From: an uncultured Verrucomicrobiae bacterium
GTDB taxonomy: Bacteria > Verrucomicrobiota > Verrucomicrobiia > Chthoniobacterales > JAATET01
NCBI GenBank assembly: GCA_963832325.1
Contig: CAWHTR010000002.1
Location: forward strand, 135,821 to 199,820
DNA length: 64,000 nt
Reading direction: 5' to 3'
Shown: in pieces, positions 33,934 to 43,370 of the stretch
Layout: every line of letters starts with the position of its first letter
Position numbering within the stretch: position 1 is the first letter of the stretch
Translations under genes and position numbers: made by a program
The notes under the pieces: model-generated
The model's input: only the letters and a program-made list of their open reading frames with translations
What the model was told of the DNA's origin: nothing
Database searches by the model: none

Positions 33934-34452
33934 CTATTCGTCGAGGGCTTCGGCCATGGCGGCCCGGTAGGCAGTTCCGGCCGATTGGCGCGCTTCGGGG
34001 GTGTTGGCCCGCTCCAGGGTTTCGCGGGTGGCGACGACGTTCGGGTGGTTCTTTACGGCTTCGCGAGCGGAGAGGAGGGCTTCGCGTTCGTCCGGGGTGA
34101 GGCCCGCAATGCCTTCCGGCGGGCGCTTGGTCTCGTCGCCAAATTTGGCCTTTGGAATTTCTGCGCGGATCGCGTCGCGGAGGCCGGGATCGATCTCGAA
34201 CATGGCATCGCGCACGCGATCGCGCAGTTCGGCGGCCTCCTGGGCAAGTTTCTCCCGGGCTTCGCGGATGCCGGGTTCGGCCATGGCATTTCGCTGCGCG
34301 GTCTCGATGCGCTCACGGAGTTCGGCGGGGAGTTTGTTGAACGGCCCTCCGGCCAGGGGCGGTCGGCCGTCGAGCAGGCTGACGGGCTGCGGCTTGGCGT
34401 TGGCGAAAGTGGTGCAGAGGAGAATGAACGTGAGATGGAGGAGGGACTTCAT
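33934..34452 (-). CDS. secreted helical hypothetical protein
   Basis: ATG at 34452 (MKSLLHLTFILLCTTFANA signal peptide). Charged helical repeats follow. No family recognised. Confidence 0.45.
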   Translation of the reverse strand: MKSLLHLTFILLCTTFANAKPQPVSLLDGRPPLAGGPFNKLPAELRERIETAQRNAMAEPGIREAREKLAQEAAELRDRVRDAMFEIDPGLRDAIRAEIPKAKFGDETKRPPEGIAGLTPDEREALLSAREAVKNHPNVVATRETLERANTPEARQSAGTAYRAAMAEALDE

Positions 34453-34536
34453 TGGATAGGTTTGAAACCCGGTCCGGCTGCCAAAGTTGCGGTGTGCTGC
34501 CGCGATGGGCATCTGGAGGCAGCAGGGTGTTGCCGA

Positions 34537-35748
34537 CTACCTTCGCTTGAGGGCGGCTTGAAGAATTTCCCGGGCGAGCGGCGCGGCGACTTGCCCGCTC
34601 GATTTGGCGCCTTGGGCGAGGACGACGACGGCGAATTGCGGGCGATCGTAAGGGGCGAACGCGAGGAACCAGGTGTGGTTGTCCTTCACGATCTGCCCGT
34701 CTGGGAGGCGAAGGAGATTCTGGGCCGTACCGGTGCGACCAGCGACCTCAATGCCGTCGATGCGGGCGCGCTGGCCGCCGCCGGAGCCGTTCACCGTCTC
34801 CCACATGCCACGCCGGACGAGTTCGAGGGCTTCGCGGGTGAGTTTGGCGTCGATGATGTTGTCGCCGGGAGGGATGGCGTCGGTTAGGACGAGTCGGGGC
34901 GGGCGGACGGTGCCGCCGTTTGCGATCGTGGCGGTGACGGCTGCGAGTTGGAGCGGGGTAGTGAGATTGAAGCCCTGGCCGATCGAGACATTTGCGGTGT
35001 AGCCGTCTCGCCACGTGTCGCGCGGGTGGTTCGCCGCGAGCCAAGCAGGGCCTGGAAGGATGCCTGCGGATTCGCCGCGGAGCGGAACGCCGGTCTTCTG
35101 ACCGAAGCCCAGTCTCGCACCGAAGGTGGTGATCGCGTCGATCCCCGCAGCGTTGCCATATTGGAAGAAAAACGGGCCGCAGGAAGCGGCCAGCGCCTCG
35201 GTGAGCGTGAGCGGACCGTGCGAGCCGGAATTGGCGATCCAACACTTCATGTAGTGGTTCCCGTAGGTGACCCCGCCGGTGCAGGAGAAACGCTGATCGG
35301 CGAGACCTTGTGAGAGTCCGATCAGTCCGGTGACGGGGAGAAACGCCGCGCCCGGCGCGAAATGCGTGATCGCCCGATTGCGGAGCGGGTCGGGTTCGGC
35401 GGTGGCCAGGGCGGCACGGTCGCCGTCTTCGGGTTTGAAGGTTGGGACCGACGCCATCGCCAGAATGTCGCCGGTCGCTGGATCGATGACGACCGCGGCA
35501 CCGCGTTCGACGGAGCTGAGAATGCGTTCGACCTCGGCCTGGAGTCCGGAATCGAGCGTGAGTCGAATTGGTCGCTGGTCGGTGTCGAGAAAAGCGAGGA
35601 CGTGGGCGGCGAGCGAACCCTGCGGGTGCCGTCCATCGGCGGTCACGAGGACCGCGCCGAGACGGTCCGAGATCTCCCGGCTCGGTTCGGCGGCCAGCAG
35701 GCTTGCTCCGGCGAGCAGCGCAACGAGCGTACCGAAGGGAAAATTCAC
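34537..35748 (-). CDS. secreted PBP2/FtsI-like transpeptidase-domain protein with degenerate catalytic motifs
   Basis: A GTG at 35748 gives signal peptide VNFPFGTLVALLAGASLLA. The transpeptidase fold is evident (VVIDPATGDILAMASVP, NVSIGQGFNLTTPLQLA, TWFLAFAPYD). However, SxxK is AAFL, SxN/D is SCG and K[ST]G is RTG. Confidence 0.7.
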   Translation of the reverse strand: MNFPFGTLVALLAGASLLAAEPSREISDRLGAVLVTADGRHPQGSLAAHVLAFLDTDQRPIRLTLDSGLQAEVERILSSVERGAAVVIDPATGDILAMASVPTFKPEDGDRAALATAEPDPLRNRAITHFAPGAAFLPVTGLIGLSQGLADQRFSCTGGVTYGNHYMKCWIANSGSHGPLTLTEALAASCGPFFFQYGNAAGIDAITTFGARLGFGQKTGVPLRGESAGILPGPAWLAANHPRDTWRDGYTANVSIGQGFNLTTPLQLAAVTATIANGGTVRPPRLVLTDAIPPGDNIIDAKLTREALELVRRGMWETVNGSGGGQRARIDGIEVAGRTGTAQNLLRLPDGQIVKDNHTWFLAFAPYDRPQFAVVVLAQGAKSSGQVAAPLAREILQAALKRR

Positions 35749-35764
35749 GCCCGCTCCCGATTGT

Positions 35765-36700
35765 CTAGCGCTGCGGGAAGGGTGTCGGTGGGGGCGTCGG
35801 GGTTGGCGTCGGCGTCGGGCGAGTGTTGGGTCCCCGGCGGCGGACGACCGTCTTGGTCGGGCGGGAAACGCGGCCGACGAAATCGATCGCCCGAATGAAG
35901 AACCGGGTATTGCCGCGGGCGATGAGGGTGGAAAAGCTCCAGTTGGTCGTTCCGTTGACGGCTTGGTAGGGGCCTCGTCGGCGAGGAGCGACCTGCACAA
36001 CCTGCACGCCATTCTCGTCCGAAGCGGTGCCCGAAATGGTGAAGCGCATTAGCGTGGTCTCACGCCGCTTCGGTCCGAAGACGGTGACCGTCGGGGGACC
36101 CACGTCTGGGGGATTCTGAATGATGTCGCCGTTGACGATGAGGTCCTGAAAGCGGAGTGATTGCCCTTCCCGGGTGCTGTAGGCGTAGAGCCGAAAGGTG
36201 ACGGAATCCCCGAAGACGGGGGGCTGATCGAAGGTCACCGTGAAGGTTTTAAAATCAAGTGGGCCGTTGTTGACGGTTACATTGCCGAGGTCGGTGTTGT
36301 AATCGTCGAAGCTCCAGCGGAGGGCGAGACCGTTGTTGTCGTCGTTGTATTGACCGGCGCTGGCGGCTTTGAAGCTGACGCTGAAAATGCGGGCCTGGAA
36401 TCCGAACTTCTTGGTGAGGGTGAACTGGCCGTACTGCTTGTTGTCGCGGCTGGAATTCGAGTTCTTCGAACGCTCCCTCAGGAGAATGTAACCGTATCTC
36501 TCTCCCTCCATGTCCCCGATACCGACCTGGGCTTTCGATCCGGAACTCCCGAACGGTCCTGCCGTAATGCTAGGATCGACGCTGCTTGCGTCGAAACTCC
36601 CATCGAACTTGTAGGTGGCGAGCTGCTGCGCCGGGAGGGTCGACGCGGTCAGGAACGCGACGGCCGCGGCAGCGAGGGCACGAACGGTTTGAGTCTTCAT
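35765..36700 (-). CDS. secreted hypothetical protein with a Pro/Thr-rich tail
   Basis: 311 aa. Signal peptide MKTQTVRALAAAAVAFLTASTLPAQ. Beta-rich body. C-terminal PTPTPTPTPPPTP. Confidence 0.5.
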   Translation of the reverse strand: MKTQTVRALAAAAVAFLTASTLPAQQLATYKFDGSFDASSVDPSITAGPFGSSGSKAQVGIGDMEGERYGYILLRERSKNSNSSRDNKQYGQFTLTKKFGFQARIFSVSFKAASAGQYNDDNNGLALRWSFDDYNTDLGNVTVNNGPLDFKTFTVTFDQPPVFGDSVTFRLYAYSTREGQSLRFQDLIVNGDIIQNPPDVGPPTVTVFGPKRRETTLMRFTISGTASDENGVQVVQVAPRRRGPYQAVNGTTNWSFSTLIARGNTRFFIRAIDFVGRVSRPTKTVVRRRGPNTRPTPTPTPTPPPTPFPQR

Positions 36701-36709
36701 AAGAGGTTG

Positions 36710-36738
36710 TCAATAAGAGCGGCTGGAAGGTGCGTCAA
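36710..36738 (-). promoter_or_regulatory. putative promoter for the 36700 gene (very short leader)
   Basis: The minus strand reads TTGACG (36738-36733), a 17-nt spacer, TATTGA (36715-36710), 9 nt, then ATG at 36700. Confidence 0.25.
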
Positions 36739-36900
36739 TAATGTTTCGCACCTCTTGTCAACGGCGAAACGGCTCGTCATTCGATCCAACTGACCGCGCG
36801 AGGCCAGGTCCGGAACAGGACCAGGAGTCCGCTCCGACCTTTTAGGCAACGCTTCCACATGCCCGTTTCCCGGCTGGGAAACTTCTGCTACGGTGCGCCG

Positions 36901-38508
36901 ATGCTGACGATTCGTGATCTGAAAAAGAGCCATGGGGGGCGCGTTCTGTTCGAGAAAGCCGCCATGCAGGTAAATTATGGCGAGCGCGTCGCGCTCGTCG
37001 GTCCAAACGGAGCCGGGAAGTCGACGCTGTTTTCGATCATCCTCAAACACGACACTCCGGATTCGGGTGTCGTTGATCGTGACGAGTGGACGATGGTCGG
37101 ATACCTGCCTCAGGAGGGTGAAGCCGTCGGGGAGGAGACGGTGATGGACATCGCGACCGGTCGGGCGGGTGAACTCGATGCACTGGACAAGAAATTGCGT
37201 GGGTTCGAGCAGGACGGCAACGTTGATAGCGCCGAATACAATGAGGCCAACATGCAGTTTGAGGCACTCAACGACCCGCAGGTCGAGGCAAAGGCGAAAT
37301 CCATCCTCGCGGGTCTCGGATACAACGACACGACGTTCTACAAGAAGGCGAAGGAACTCTCCGGTGGTTGGGTGATGCGAGCGCACCTCGCGAGATTGCT
37401 CGTGATGCAGCCCGACCTCTTGCTGCTCGACGAACCGACGAACCATCTCGATTTGAACTCACTCATCTGGCTGCAGGAATACCTCAAAGGTTACTCCGGC
37501 GCGGTGCTCATGATCTCGCATGACCGCTACTTCATGGACGAGCTGGCGCAGACCGTTTACGAGATCTCGAACCAGCGCCTCATCACCTACAAGTCGAACT
37601 ACACCGCCTTTCTGGAACAGCGCCAAGCGAACTACGAAAACAACATCGCCGCTTACAAGAATCAGCAAAAGCAGATCAAGGCGCTCACCGAATTCATTGA
37701 TAAATTCCGATCCGTCTCGTCGAAGGCTGCCCAGGCCCAGAGCCGCCAGAAGGAGCTTGAGCGGATGGAGCTGGTCGAGAAGCCGCTCCCGCCCAAGAAG
37801 CCGTTCAAGTTCCAGATACCGCAGCCAGAGCGGGGAGGTCAGCGGGCGATCTCGCTCGAAGGTGTGCGGTTCGCTTACGGCGAACACGTCGTTTACGAGC
37901 ACCTCGATCTCTCCGTGGAGCGCGGTGAACGGACCGTGCTGGTTGGCCCCAATGGCGCCGGCAAGTCGACTTTGCTCAAGTTGTTGGCCGGCGTCCTGAA
38001 GCCCCAGCGCGGTCGGGTCAACGAAGGTCACAACGCAAAAATCGGCTACTTCAGTCAGCACCGAGCGGACACCCTCGATCCCGACAAGACGATTCTTGAA
38101 GAGGTGCTCGAAGCTGGCAATGGCATCCGGGAGGAAGATGCGCGGGGGATTCTCGGGACGTTTCTGTTTCGCAAGGACGCGATCTACAAGAAGACGGCGG
38201 TTCTGAGTGGTGGCGAGAAGAGCCGATTGAATCTGATTAAATTTCTCGTCGATCCGCCGAATCTCCTCCTCATGGATGAGCCGACGACTCATCTGGACAT
38301 TCACACCGTCGAATCGCTGATCCTCGCGTTGCAGGACTACGACGGCACGCTCGTCTTCATTTCGCACGATGTGCATTTCATCCGGCAGCTCGCCAACCGG
38401 GTGCTTCACGTGAACGACGGGCAGGTCTTCGCTTACCCGGGCGGCTACGATTATTTCCTGGAGAAGAGCGCGGCCGTCGATGAGCGCGCGGCGGTGACGA
38501 TGGCGTAG
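36901..38508 (+). CDS. ABC-F family ATPase (translation-factor type, no TM domain)
   Basis: ATG at 36901 (MLTIRDLKK...). Two Walker A sites GPNGAGKST, two LSGG signatures and a charged inter-domain linker. Confidence 0.9.
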   Translation: MLTIRDLKKSHGGRVLFEKAAMQVNYGERVALVGPNGAGKSTLFSIILKHDTPDSGVVDRDEWTMVGYLPQEGEAVGEETVMDIATGRAGELDALDKKLRGFEQDGNVDSAEYNEANMQFEALNDPQVEAKAKSILAGLGYNDTTFYKKAKELSGGWVMRAHLARLLVMQPDLLLLDEPTNHLDLNSLIWLQEYLKGYSGAVLMISHDRYFMDELAQTVYEISNQRLITYKSNYTAFLEQRQANYENNIAAYKNQQKQIKALTEFIDKFRSVSSKAAQAQSRQKELERMELVEKPLPPKKPFKFQIPQPERGGQRAISLEGVRFAYGEHVVYEHLDLSVERGERTVLVGPNGAGKSTLLKLLAGVLKPQRGRVNEGHNAKIGYFSQHRADTLDPDKTILEEVLEAGNGIREEDARGILGTFLFRKDAIYKKTAVLSGGEKSRLNLIKFLVDPPNLLLMDEPTTHLDIHTVESLILALQDYDGTLVFISHDVHFIRQLANRVLHVNDGQVFAYPGGYDYFLEKSAAVDERAAVTMA

Positions 38509-38602
38509 AGTGGTCGATTGAAGGGCAGCGAACGCTCAGTGAAGAGCCGCCGATGCCATCGGGCTTGTCGCTCCGGCCAGCTCGCGCTAAATCATTACGA
38601 TT

Positions 38603-39781
38603 ATGTCAGCGGTATTAGCACTTGAGGACGGGCGGGTTTTTCGGGGGGATGCGTTCGGCGCGACGGCGACATCCGTTGGCGAGATCTGTTTCAACACGGC
38701 CATGACGGGTTACCAGGAGATCCTGACCGACCCGTCTTATCGCGGACAAATTGTCGCGATGACCGCTCCGCAAATCGGCAACTACGGGTCGAACGACCTC
38801 GACGTGGAGAGCGACACACCGCACGTGCGCGGTTTTGTGATCGAGGAGCTGAGTCGGATTCCGAGTAATTGGCGTTCGCAGATGAGCCTGGAGGATTGGC
38901 TTGCGAAGAATGGTATCCCCGGGATCGAGTCGATCGACACGCGCGCGCTCACCCGCCACCTGCGGACGCGAGGTGCGATGCGGGCCTGCGTTTCGACCGA
39001 GGATCTGTCCGACGATGCGGCGATCGAGCGCGCGCGGTCGGCGAATTATTCCGAGGTCGACTTCGTCGCCGAGGTCTCCCCGACCGAGGCCTACGAATGG
39101 GATGCCGACGGCGAACGAAGCCGCCGCTGGGTCCAGGCCAAAGAAGTCGCCGCGAGCATCGGCGATGCCGACGAGATGGGCAACGTCTTCCAGCCGCCGG
39201 TTCCCGTCGAACGACGGATCGTCGCCTACGATTTTGGGATGAAGAAAAACATCCTCCGTCTCCTGCGGGGCGCGGGTTTCGGCGTGCAGGTTGTGCCGGC
39301 TCGCACGAGCGCTGCCGACGTGTTGGCGATGAAGCCCGACGGCGTTTTCCTATCGAACGGCCCGGGCGATCCGGCGGTGCTCGATTACGCCCACGACACG
39401 GCGCGCGAGTTGATCGGGAAGGTGCCGATTTTTGGGATTTGTCTGGGCCACCAGGTGCTCGGTTACGCGTTTGGCGGCAAGACCTTCAAGCTCAAGTTTG
39501 GGCACCGTGGGGCGAACCAACCCGTGAAGGATCTCCGCACGGGCAGGATCTCGATCACGTCGCAGAACCACGGGTACGCCATCGATCCGGATTCGCTCCC
39601 GGACGATGTCGAGGTGACGCACGTGAACCTCAACGACAACACGGTCGCCGGGATCGCGCACCGGACGCACCCCGTTTTCAGCGTTCAGCACCACCCCGAG
39701 GCGTCGCCCGGGCCGCGTGACGCCGGATATTTCTTTGACCAGTTCGCGAAAACGGTCGATGAATACCGCCAATCCTCCTGA
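38603..39781 (+). CDS. carA: carbamoyl-phosphate synthase small (glutaminase) subunit
   Basis: 392 aa. CPSase small-chain N-domain and a GATase triad region (FGICLGHQVL, QHHPE). Confidence 0.92.
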   Translation: MSAVLALEDGRVFRGDAFGATATSVGEICFNTAMTGYQEILTDPSYRGQIVAMTAPQIGNYGSNDLDVESDTPHVRGFVIEELSRIPSNWRSQMSLEDWLAKNGIPGIESIDTRALTRHLRTRGAMRACVSTEDLSDDAAIERARSANYSEVDFVAEVSPTEAYEWDADGERSRRWVQAKEVAASIGDADEMGNVFQPPVPVERRIVAYDFGMKKNILRLLRGAGFGVQVVPARTSAADVLAMKPDGVFLSNGPGDPAVLDYAHDTARELIGKVPIFGICLGHQVLGYAFGGKTFKLKFGHRGANQPVKDLRTGRISITSQNHGYAIDPDSLPDDVEVTHVNLNDNTVAGIAHRTHPVFSVQHHPEASPGPRDAGYFFDQFAKTVDEYRQSS

Positions 39782-39785
39782 TCCG

Positions 39786-40295
39786 ATGAACAAGCTCCGC
39801 ATCACCCTTCCTGACGGCACGCCAATCAGCCATGACCTTGCTGAAGACCGCGTGAGCGTCGGACGATTGCCCGACAATGACCTTCAGATTGAAGACGATT
39901 CGGTCTCCAGTCACCACGGCGAGATCACTTACGACGGCAACGCCCACCAGCTCACCGATCTCGGCTCGACGAACGGGACGTTCGTCAACGGAGAGCAAGT
40001 GACCGAAGCCACCCTCAAGTCTGGCGACCAGGTCCGCTTCGGACAGATTGAGTGCGTTTACGAAGGGGAAAAAGGTGCTCCCGGTTCCGCCCCGCTGCCG
40101 GATTCCGGTCCGGCGACCGTCGCGCTTGGCGAGGGCAGCGCCCGCCCACCCGGTTTCGTGAGCGCTTCGCCCTTCCCGAAACTCGCCGAGAGCAAAGGCC
40201 CCATTGCAGCCGTCGCCGTGGTCTTCGCCTTACTCGGAGCTTTGGGCTTCGCTGTGGCTATCTTCATGACGCTGCAGATGCAGGTTCCGGGGTAA
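39786..40295 (+). CDS. FHA-domain protein with a C-terminal membrane anchor
   Basis: ATG at 39786. FHA core VSVGRLPDNDLQIEDDSVSSHHGEI...LTDLGSTNGTFVNGEQV. C-terminal TM AAVAVVFALLGALGFAVAIFM. Confidence 0.8.
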   Translation: MNKLRITLPDGTPISHDLAEDRVSVGRLPDNDLQIEDDSVSSHHGEITYDGNAHQLTDLGSTNGTFVNGEQVTEATLKSGDQVRFGQIECVYEGEKGAPGSAPLPDSGPATVALGEGSARPPGFVSASPFPKLAESKGPIAAVAVVFALLGALGFAVAIFMTLQMQVPG

Positions 40296-40378
40296 ACGCG
40301 GTCGTCGGACTCGTCGCGGGCGTCGATTTCGTGGTCGGGAGGTTGACAGGGCCCGGATGACGGGAAACTCTGAGGTCC

Positions 40379-41548
40379 ATGCCGACGTCGTCGTTTTCCG
40401 TTTTTGTAGAAGGATCGTTTTCAGCAGACTCCGTTCGGACGGCAGCTGTCTCGTTGCGCGAGCGTCTCGGCGGTCCGGCGACGGTCGTGTTTGCGTTCGT
40501 GACGCCCGATTATCTGAGCGACCTCGATGAGTTTATCGATACCGTCCGCGTGGACGGTCACGTCGCCGAAGTCGTCGGTTGCACAGCGACGACGCTCATC
40601 TCTGGCGAAGCGGAAAAGGAGAATGCGCTGGGTTTTGTGCTCATGGGCCTGCGCTCCGCCGAATCGAGCGTCCGGATCGTCAACCTTTCGACCGAGCGGA
40701 TGGAGGCGGCGGACGGGCCGGAATCGTGGCGCGAAGACGCCGCGGGAATGAATGGCTGGCTCGTGTTCGGCAATCCCTACGGATTCCCGGCGGACCAATG
40801 GTTAGGCGAATGGAGCGGCGTCGCACCCGATGTGCCGGTCGTGGGAGGCATCGCCAGCGGCGGCGAATCCGAGGCGGAGATTGCCGTATTTCACAACGCG
40901 CAGCTTGTCTCCGGTGCCGTCGTGGTCGGATTCTCGGGGGCGATTGAGGTTGTCGCGGCGGTTAGCCAGGGTTGCCGGCCGATTGGCGAGGCGTTGCCGG
41001 TGACAAAGGCCGAAGACAACGTGGTGTTCTCCCTTGGTTCGCGACCGGCGTATCAGGCGCTCGAGACCGCCTTCGAGTCCCTCTCGGAGAACGAACGTTC
41101 GCACGCGCAGGGCAATCTTTTCGCGGGATTGGCAAACAATGAATACGTGGACGAGTTTCGTTCGGGTGATTTTCTGATCCGAAACATTATCGGAGCGGAT
41201 CCGAATTCCGGCGCGGTCGTCATTGGCGGGGTTCCGCGGGTTGGCCAGACGCTGCAATATCAGCTGCGGGATGGCGACGCTGCCGATGCCGATCTCCGAA
41301 TGGTGCTGAATGCCGTCCCGTCGCATCATCCGAAGACTCCGGTCGCGTCGCTGGTCTTCAGCTGCCTTGGTCGGGGCACCAATCTTTTTGACCAACCCAA
41401 CCACGACGCCGGCCTCGTGCAGGAGACGCTCCACGCGCACCCGTCGGCGGGCTTTTTCGGCAACGGCGAAATCGGCCCGATTGGCGGAAAAAACTGCGTG
41501 CATGGCTACACGGCTTCTTGCGCGCTCTTCTACGACCGCTTGAATTAA
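40379..41548 (+). CDS. FIST-domain (FIST_N + FIST_C) sensor protein
   Basis: 389 aa. Overall pattern matches FIST proteins (…VVGCTATTLISGE…, …VVGGIASGG…, …SLVFSCLGRG…FFGNGEIGP). Confidence 0.7.
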   Translation: MPTSSFSVFVEGSFSADSVRTAAVSLRERLGGPATVVFAFVTPDYLSDLDEFIDTVRVDGHVAEVVGCTATTLISGEAEKENALGFVLMGLRSAESSVRIVNLSTERMEAADGPESWREDAAGMNGWLVFGNPYGFPADQWLGEWSGVAPDVPVVGGIASGGESEAEIAVFHNAQLVSGAVVVGFSGAIEVVAAVSQGCRPIGEALPVTKAEDNVVFSLGSRPAYQALETAFESLSENERSHAQGNLFAGLANNEYVDEFRSGDFLIRNIIGADPNSGAVVIGGVPRVGQTLQYQLRDGDAADADLRMVLNAVPSHHPKTPVASLVFSCLGRGTNLFDQPNHDAGLVQETLHAHPSAGFFGNGEIGPIGGKNCVHGYTASCALFYDRLN

Positions 41549-41551
41549 AGG

Positions 41552-42658
41552 ATGGCAAAGAAATCAAAGGTTGGGCTGACCATTTTCGTGCTGGCGGTGC
41601 TCTGCGTTGTCGGCGGTGCGGCGTGGTTATTTCTGCAGGGCGATCTGCTCGAGGCGGACGCCGGGGTGCCGAGTGATTTGATCGCGCAGGCTGAGCGGCG
41701 CGACATCGAGTCGAAGCTTCTCCTGTCCGGCGAAGTCATTCCGGCCTTTCAAGTCGAGGTCAAGCCGGAGGTCGGCGGCAAGGTGAAGTCTCTGGACGTG
41801 GAAACCGGCCAGCAGGTGAAAAAGGGCGACCTGCTCGCGGTCATTGACGACACGGACCTCCTCACCGAGAAGTCTGCCTCCGAGACCGAGATCGCGGGTG
41901 CTCAACTGTCGGTGGACAAGAATCGGGGCAACTTCCAGCGGGCCAAGGCCCTGTTCGACGAGAAGCTCATCAGCAAAGAAGTCTACGCCAACCTGGAGGC
42001 CGACATGCTTATCTCCGAGAATTCGTTGCTCAAGGCCGAGAGCCGGATGCGCTCCGTCGAGGACCGTCTCAGTAAGACCCGCATCATTGCACCGGCCGAC
42101 GGAACGATTCTCAACATTCCGGTGAACGAAGGCCAAGTCGTCACCGCTGCGGCGAGCGTGAACTCCGGCACCCTGCTCATGACGTTTGCGGATCTCTCCC
42201 GCCTCCTGATCGACACCCACGTGAATCAGATGGACGTAGGCAAGGTGAAACCCAAGCAGGATGTGGCCATCGAAATGCAGGGCACGGACACACGGAAGAT
42301 CCAAGCGCGGGTGGAGTTCGTCGCTCCTCTCGCGACGGTCAAAAATAACATCAAAGGCTTCCAGGTCCAGGCGCTCATCCTCGATAACGGAGGTCGGCTC
42401 AAACCCGGCATGTCCGTCAGTATGACGGTCCCGATCGGCGAGGCCAAGGGGGCGGTGAGCGTGCCGATCGCTGCGGTCTTCAGCGAAGATGATGAGAACG
42501 TCGTCTACGTTAAATCGTCGAAGCAGGGTCAACTTGCCGACCGCCGGAAGGTGACCGTCGGATTGTCGAACCTCTCGTTCGCGGAGATCACATCGGGCTT
42601 GGAAGAAGGCGAAGAGATCCTGCTCGTCAATCCACGCTTGCTGAAATCGAGTTCTTAA
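41552..42658 (+). CDS. efflux periplasmic adaptor (HlyD/MacA family)
   Basis: 368 aa. N-terminal TM, a lipoyl-like half motif (GDLLAVIDDTDL), coiled-coil hairpin and beta-barrel domains. Confidence 0.8.
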   Translation: MAKKSKVGLTIFVLAVLCVVGGAAWLFLQGDLLEADAGVPSDLIAQAERRDIESKLLLSGEVIPAFQVEVKPEVGGKVKSLDVETGQQVKKGDLLAVIDDTDLLTEKSASETEIAGAQLSVDKNRGNFQRAKALFDEKLISKEVYANLEADMLISENSLLKAESRMRSVEDRLSKTRIIAPADGTILNIPVNEGQVVTAAASVNSGTLLMTFADLSRLLIDTHVNQMDVGKVKPKQDVAIEMQGTDTRKIQARVEFVAPLATVKNNIKGFQVQALILDNGGRLKPGMSVSMTVPIGEAKGAVSVPIAAVFSEDDENVVYVKSSKQGQLADRRKVTVGLSNLSFAEITSGLEEGEEILLVNPRLLKSSS

Positions 42659-42659
42659 A

Positions 42660-43370
42660 GTGGCCGCCATCCTCGTCGATCTCGAAGATGTTCGGAAGAC
42701 CTACGTTCTGGGCGACCAAGAGATTCACGCCCTTGGAGGCGTGACGATGCAGATCCGGGAAGGTGAGTTTGTTGCCATCACGGGTCCGAGCGGGAGCGGA
42801 AAATCGACGCTTATGCACCTACTTGGGTGCCTCGACACCCCGACATCTGGGCGGATGGAAATCTGCGGCCACGATATCGTCGCGGCGTCCTCCGACCGAC
42901 TGTCGACGATTCGAAATCGCGAGATCGGATTTGTCTTCCAGTCGTTCAATCTCCTCCCTCGTCTGGATGTCGTCGAGAACGTCGCGATGCCAATGATCTA
43001 CGCCGGTGTCAGTCAACGAAAGCGTCGGGCGCGGGCCGAGGAATTGGTCGAGCGGGTTGGTCTCGGCGAACGAAAAGGCAACCGACCGACCCAGTTGAGC
43101 GGCGGGCAGTGCCAGCGCGTCGCGATCGCGCGGGCGCTCGTGAACAACCCGAAAATCCTGTTCGGCGATGAACCGACCGGCAATCTCGACAGCACAACTG
43201 GTAAAATGATCCTCGGAATGTTTCGGGAACTCCACGAGTCGGGCCGCACGGTCGTCTTGGTGACGCACGATCCGAGCGTCGCGGCCGTCACCGACCGGGT
43301 GATTGAGATCCGCGACGGCGTGGTCCATCGCGTCTACAATCCTCAACACGAGGGGGAGAAGGCGGCATGA
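42660..43370 (+). CDS. ABC transporter ATP-binding protein (MacB/LolD type)
   Basis: GTG start at 42660. Walker A GPSGSGKST, signature LSGGQCQRVAIARAL and Walker B ILFGDEPTG. Confidence 0.9.
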   Translation: MAAILVDLEDVRKTYVLGDQEIHALGGVTMQIREGEFVAITGPSGSGKSTLMHLLGCLDTPTSGRMEICGHDIVAASSDRLSTIRNREIGFVFQSFNLLPRLDVVENVAMPMIYAGVSQRKRRARAEELVERVGLGERKGNRPTQLSGGQCQRVAIARALVNNPKILFGDEPTGNLDSTTGKMILGMFRELHESGRTVVLVTHDPSVAAVTDRVIEIRDGVVHRVYNPQHEGEKAA

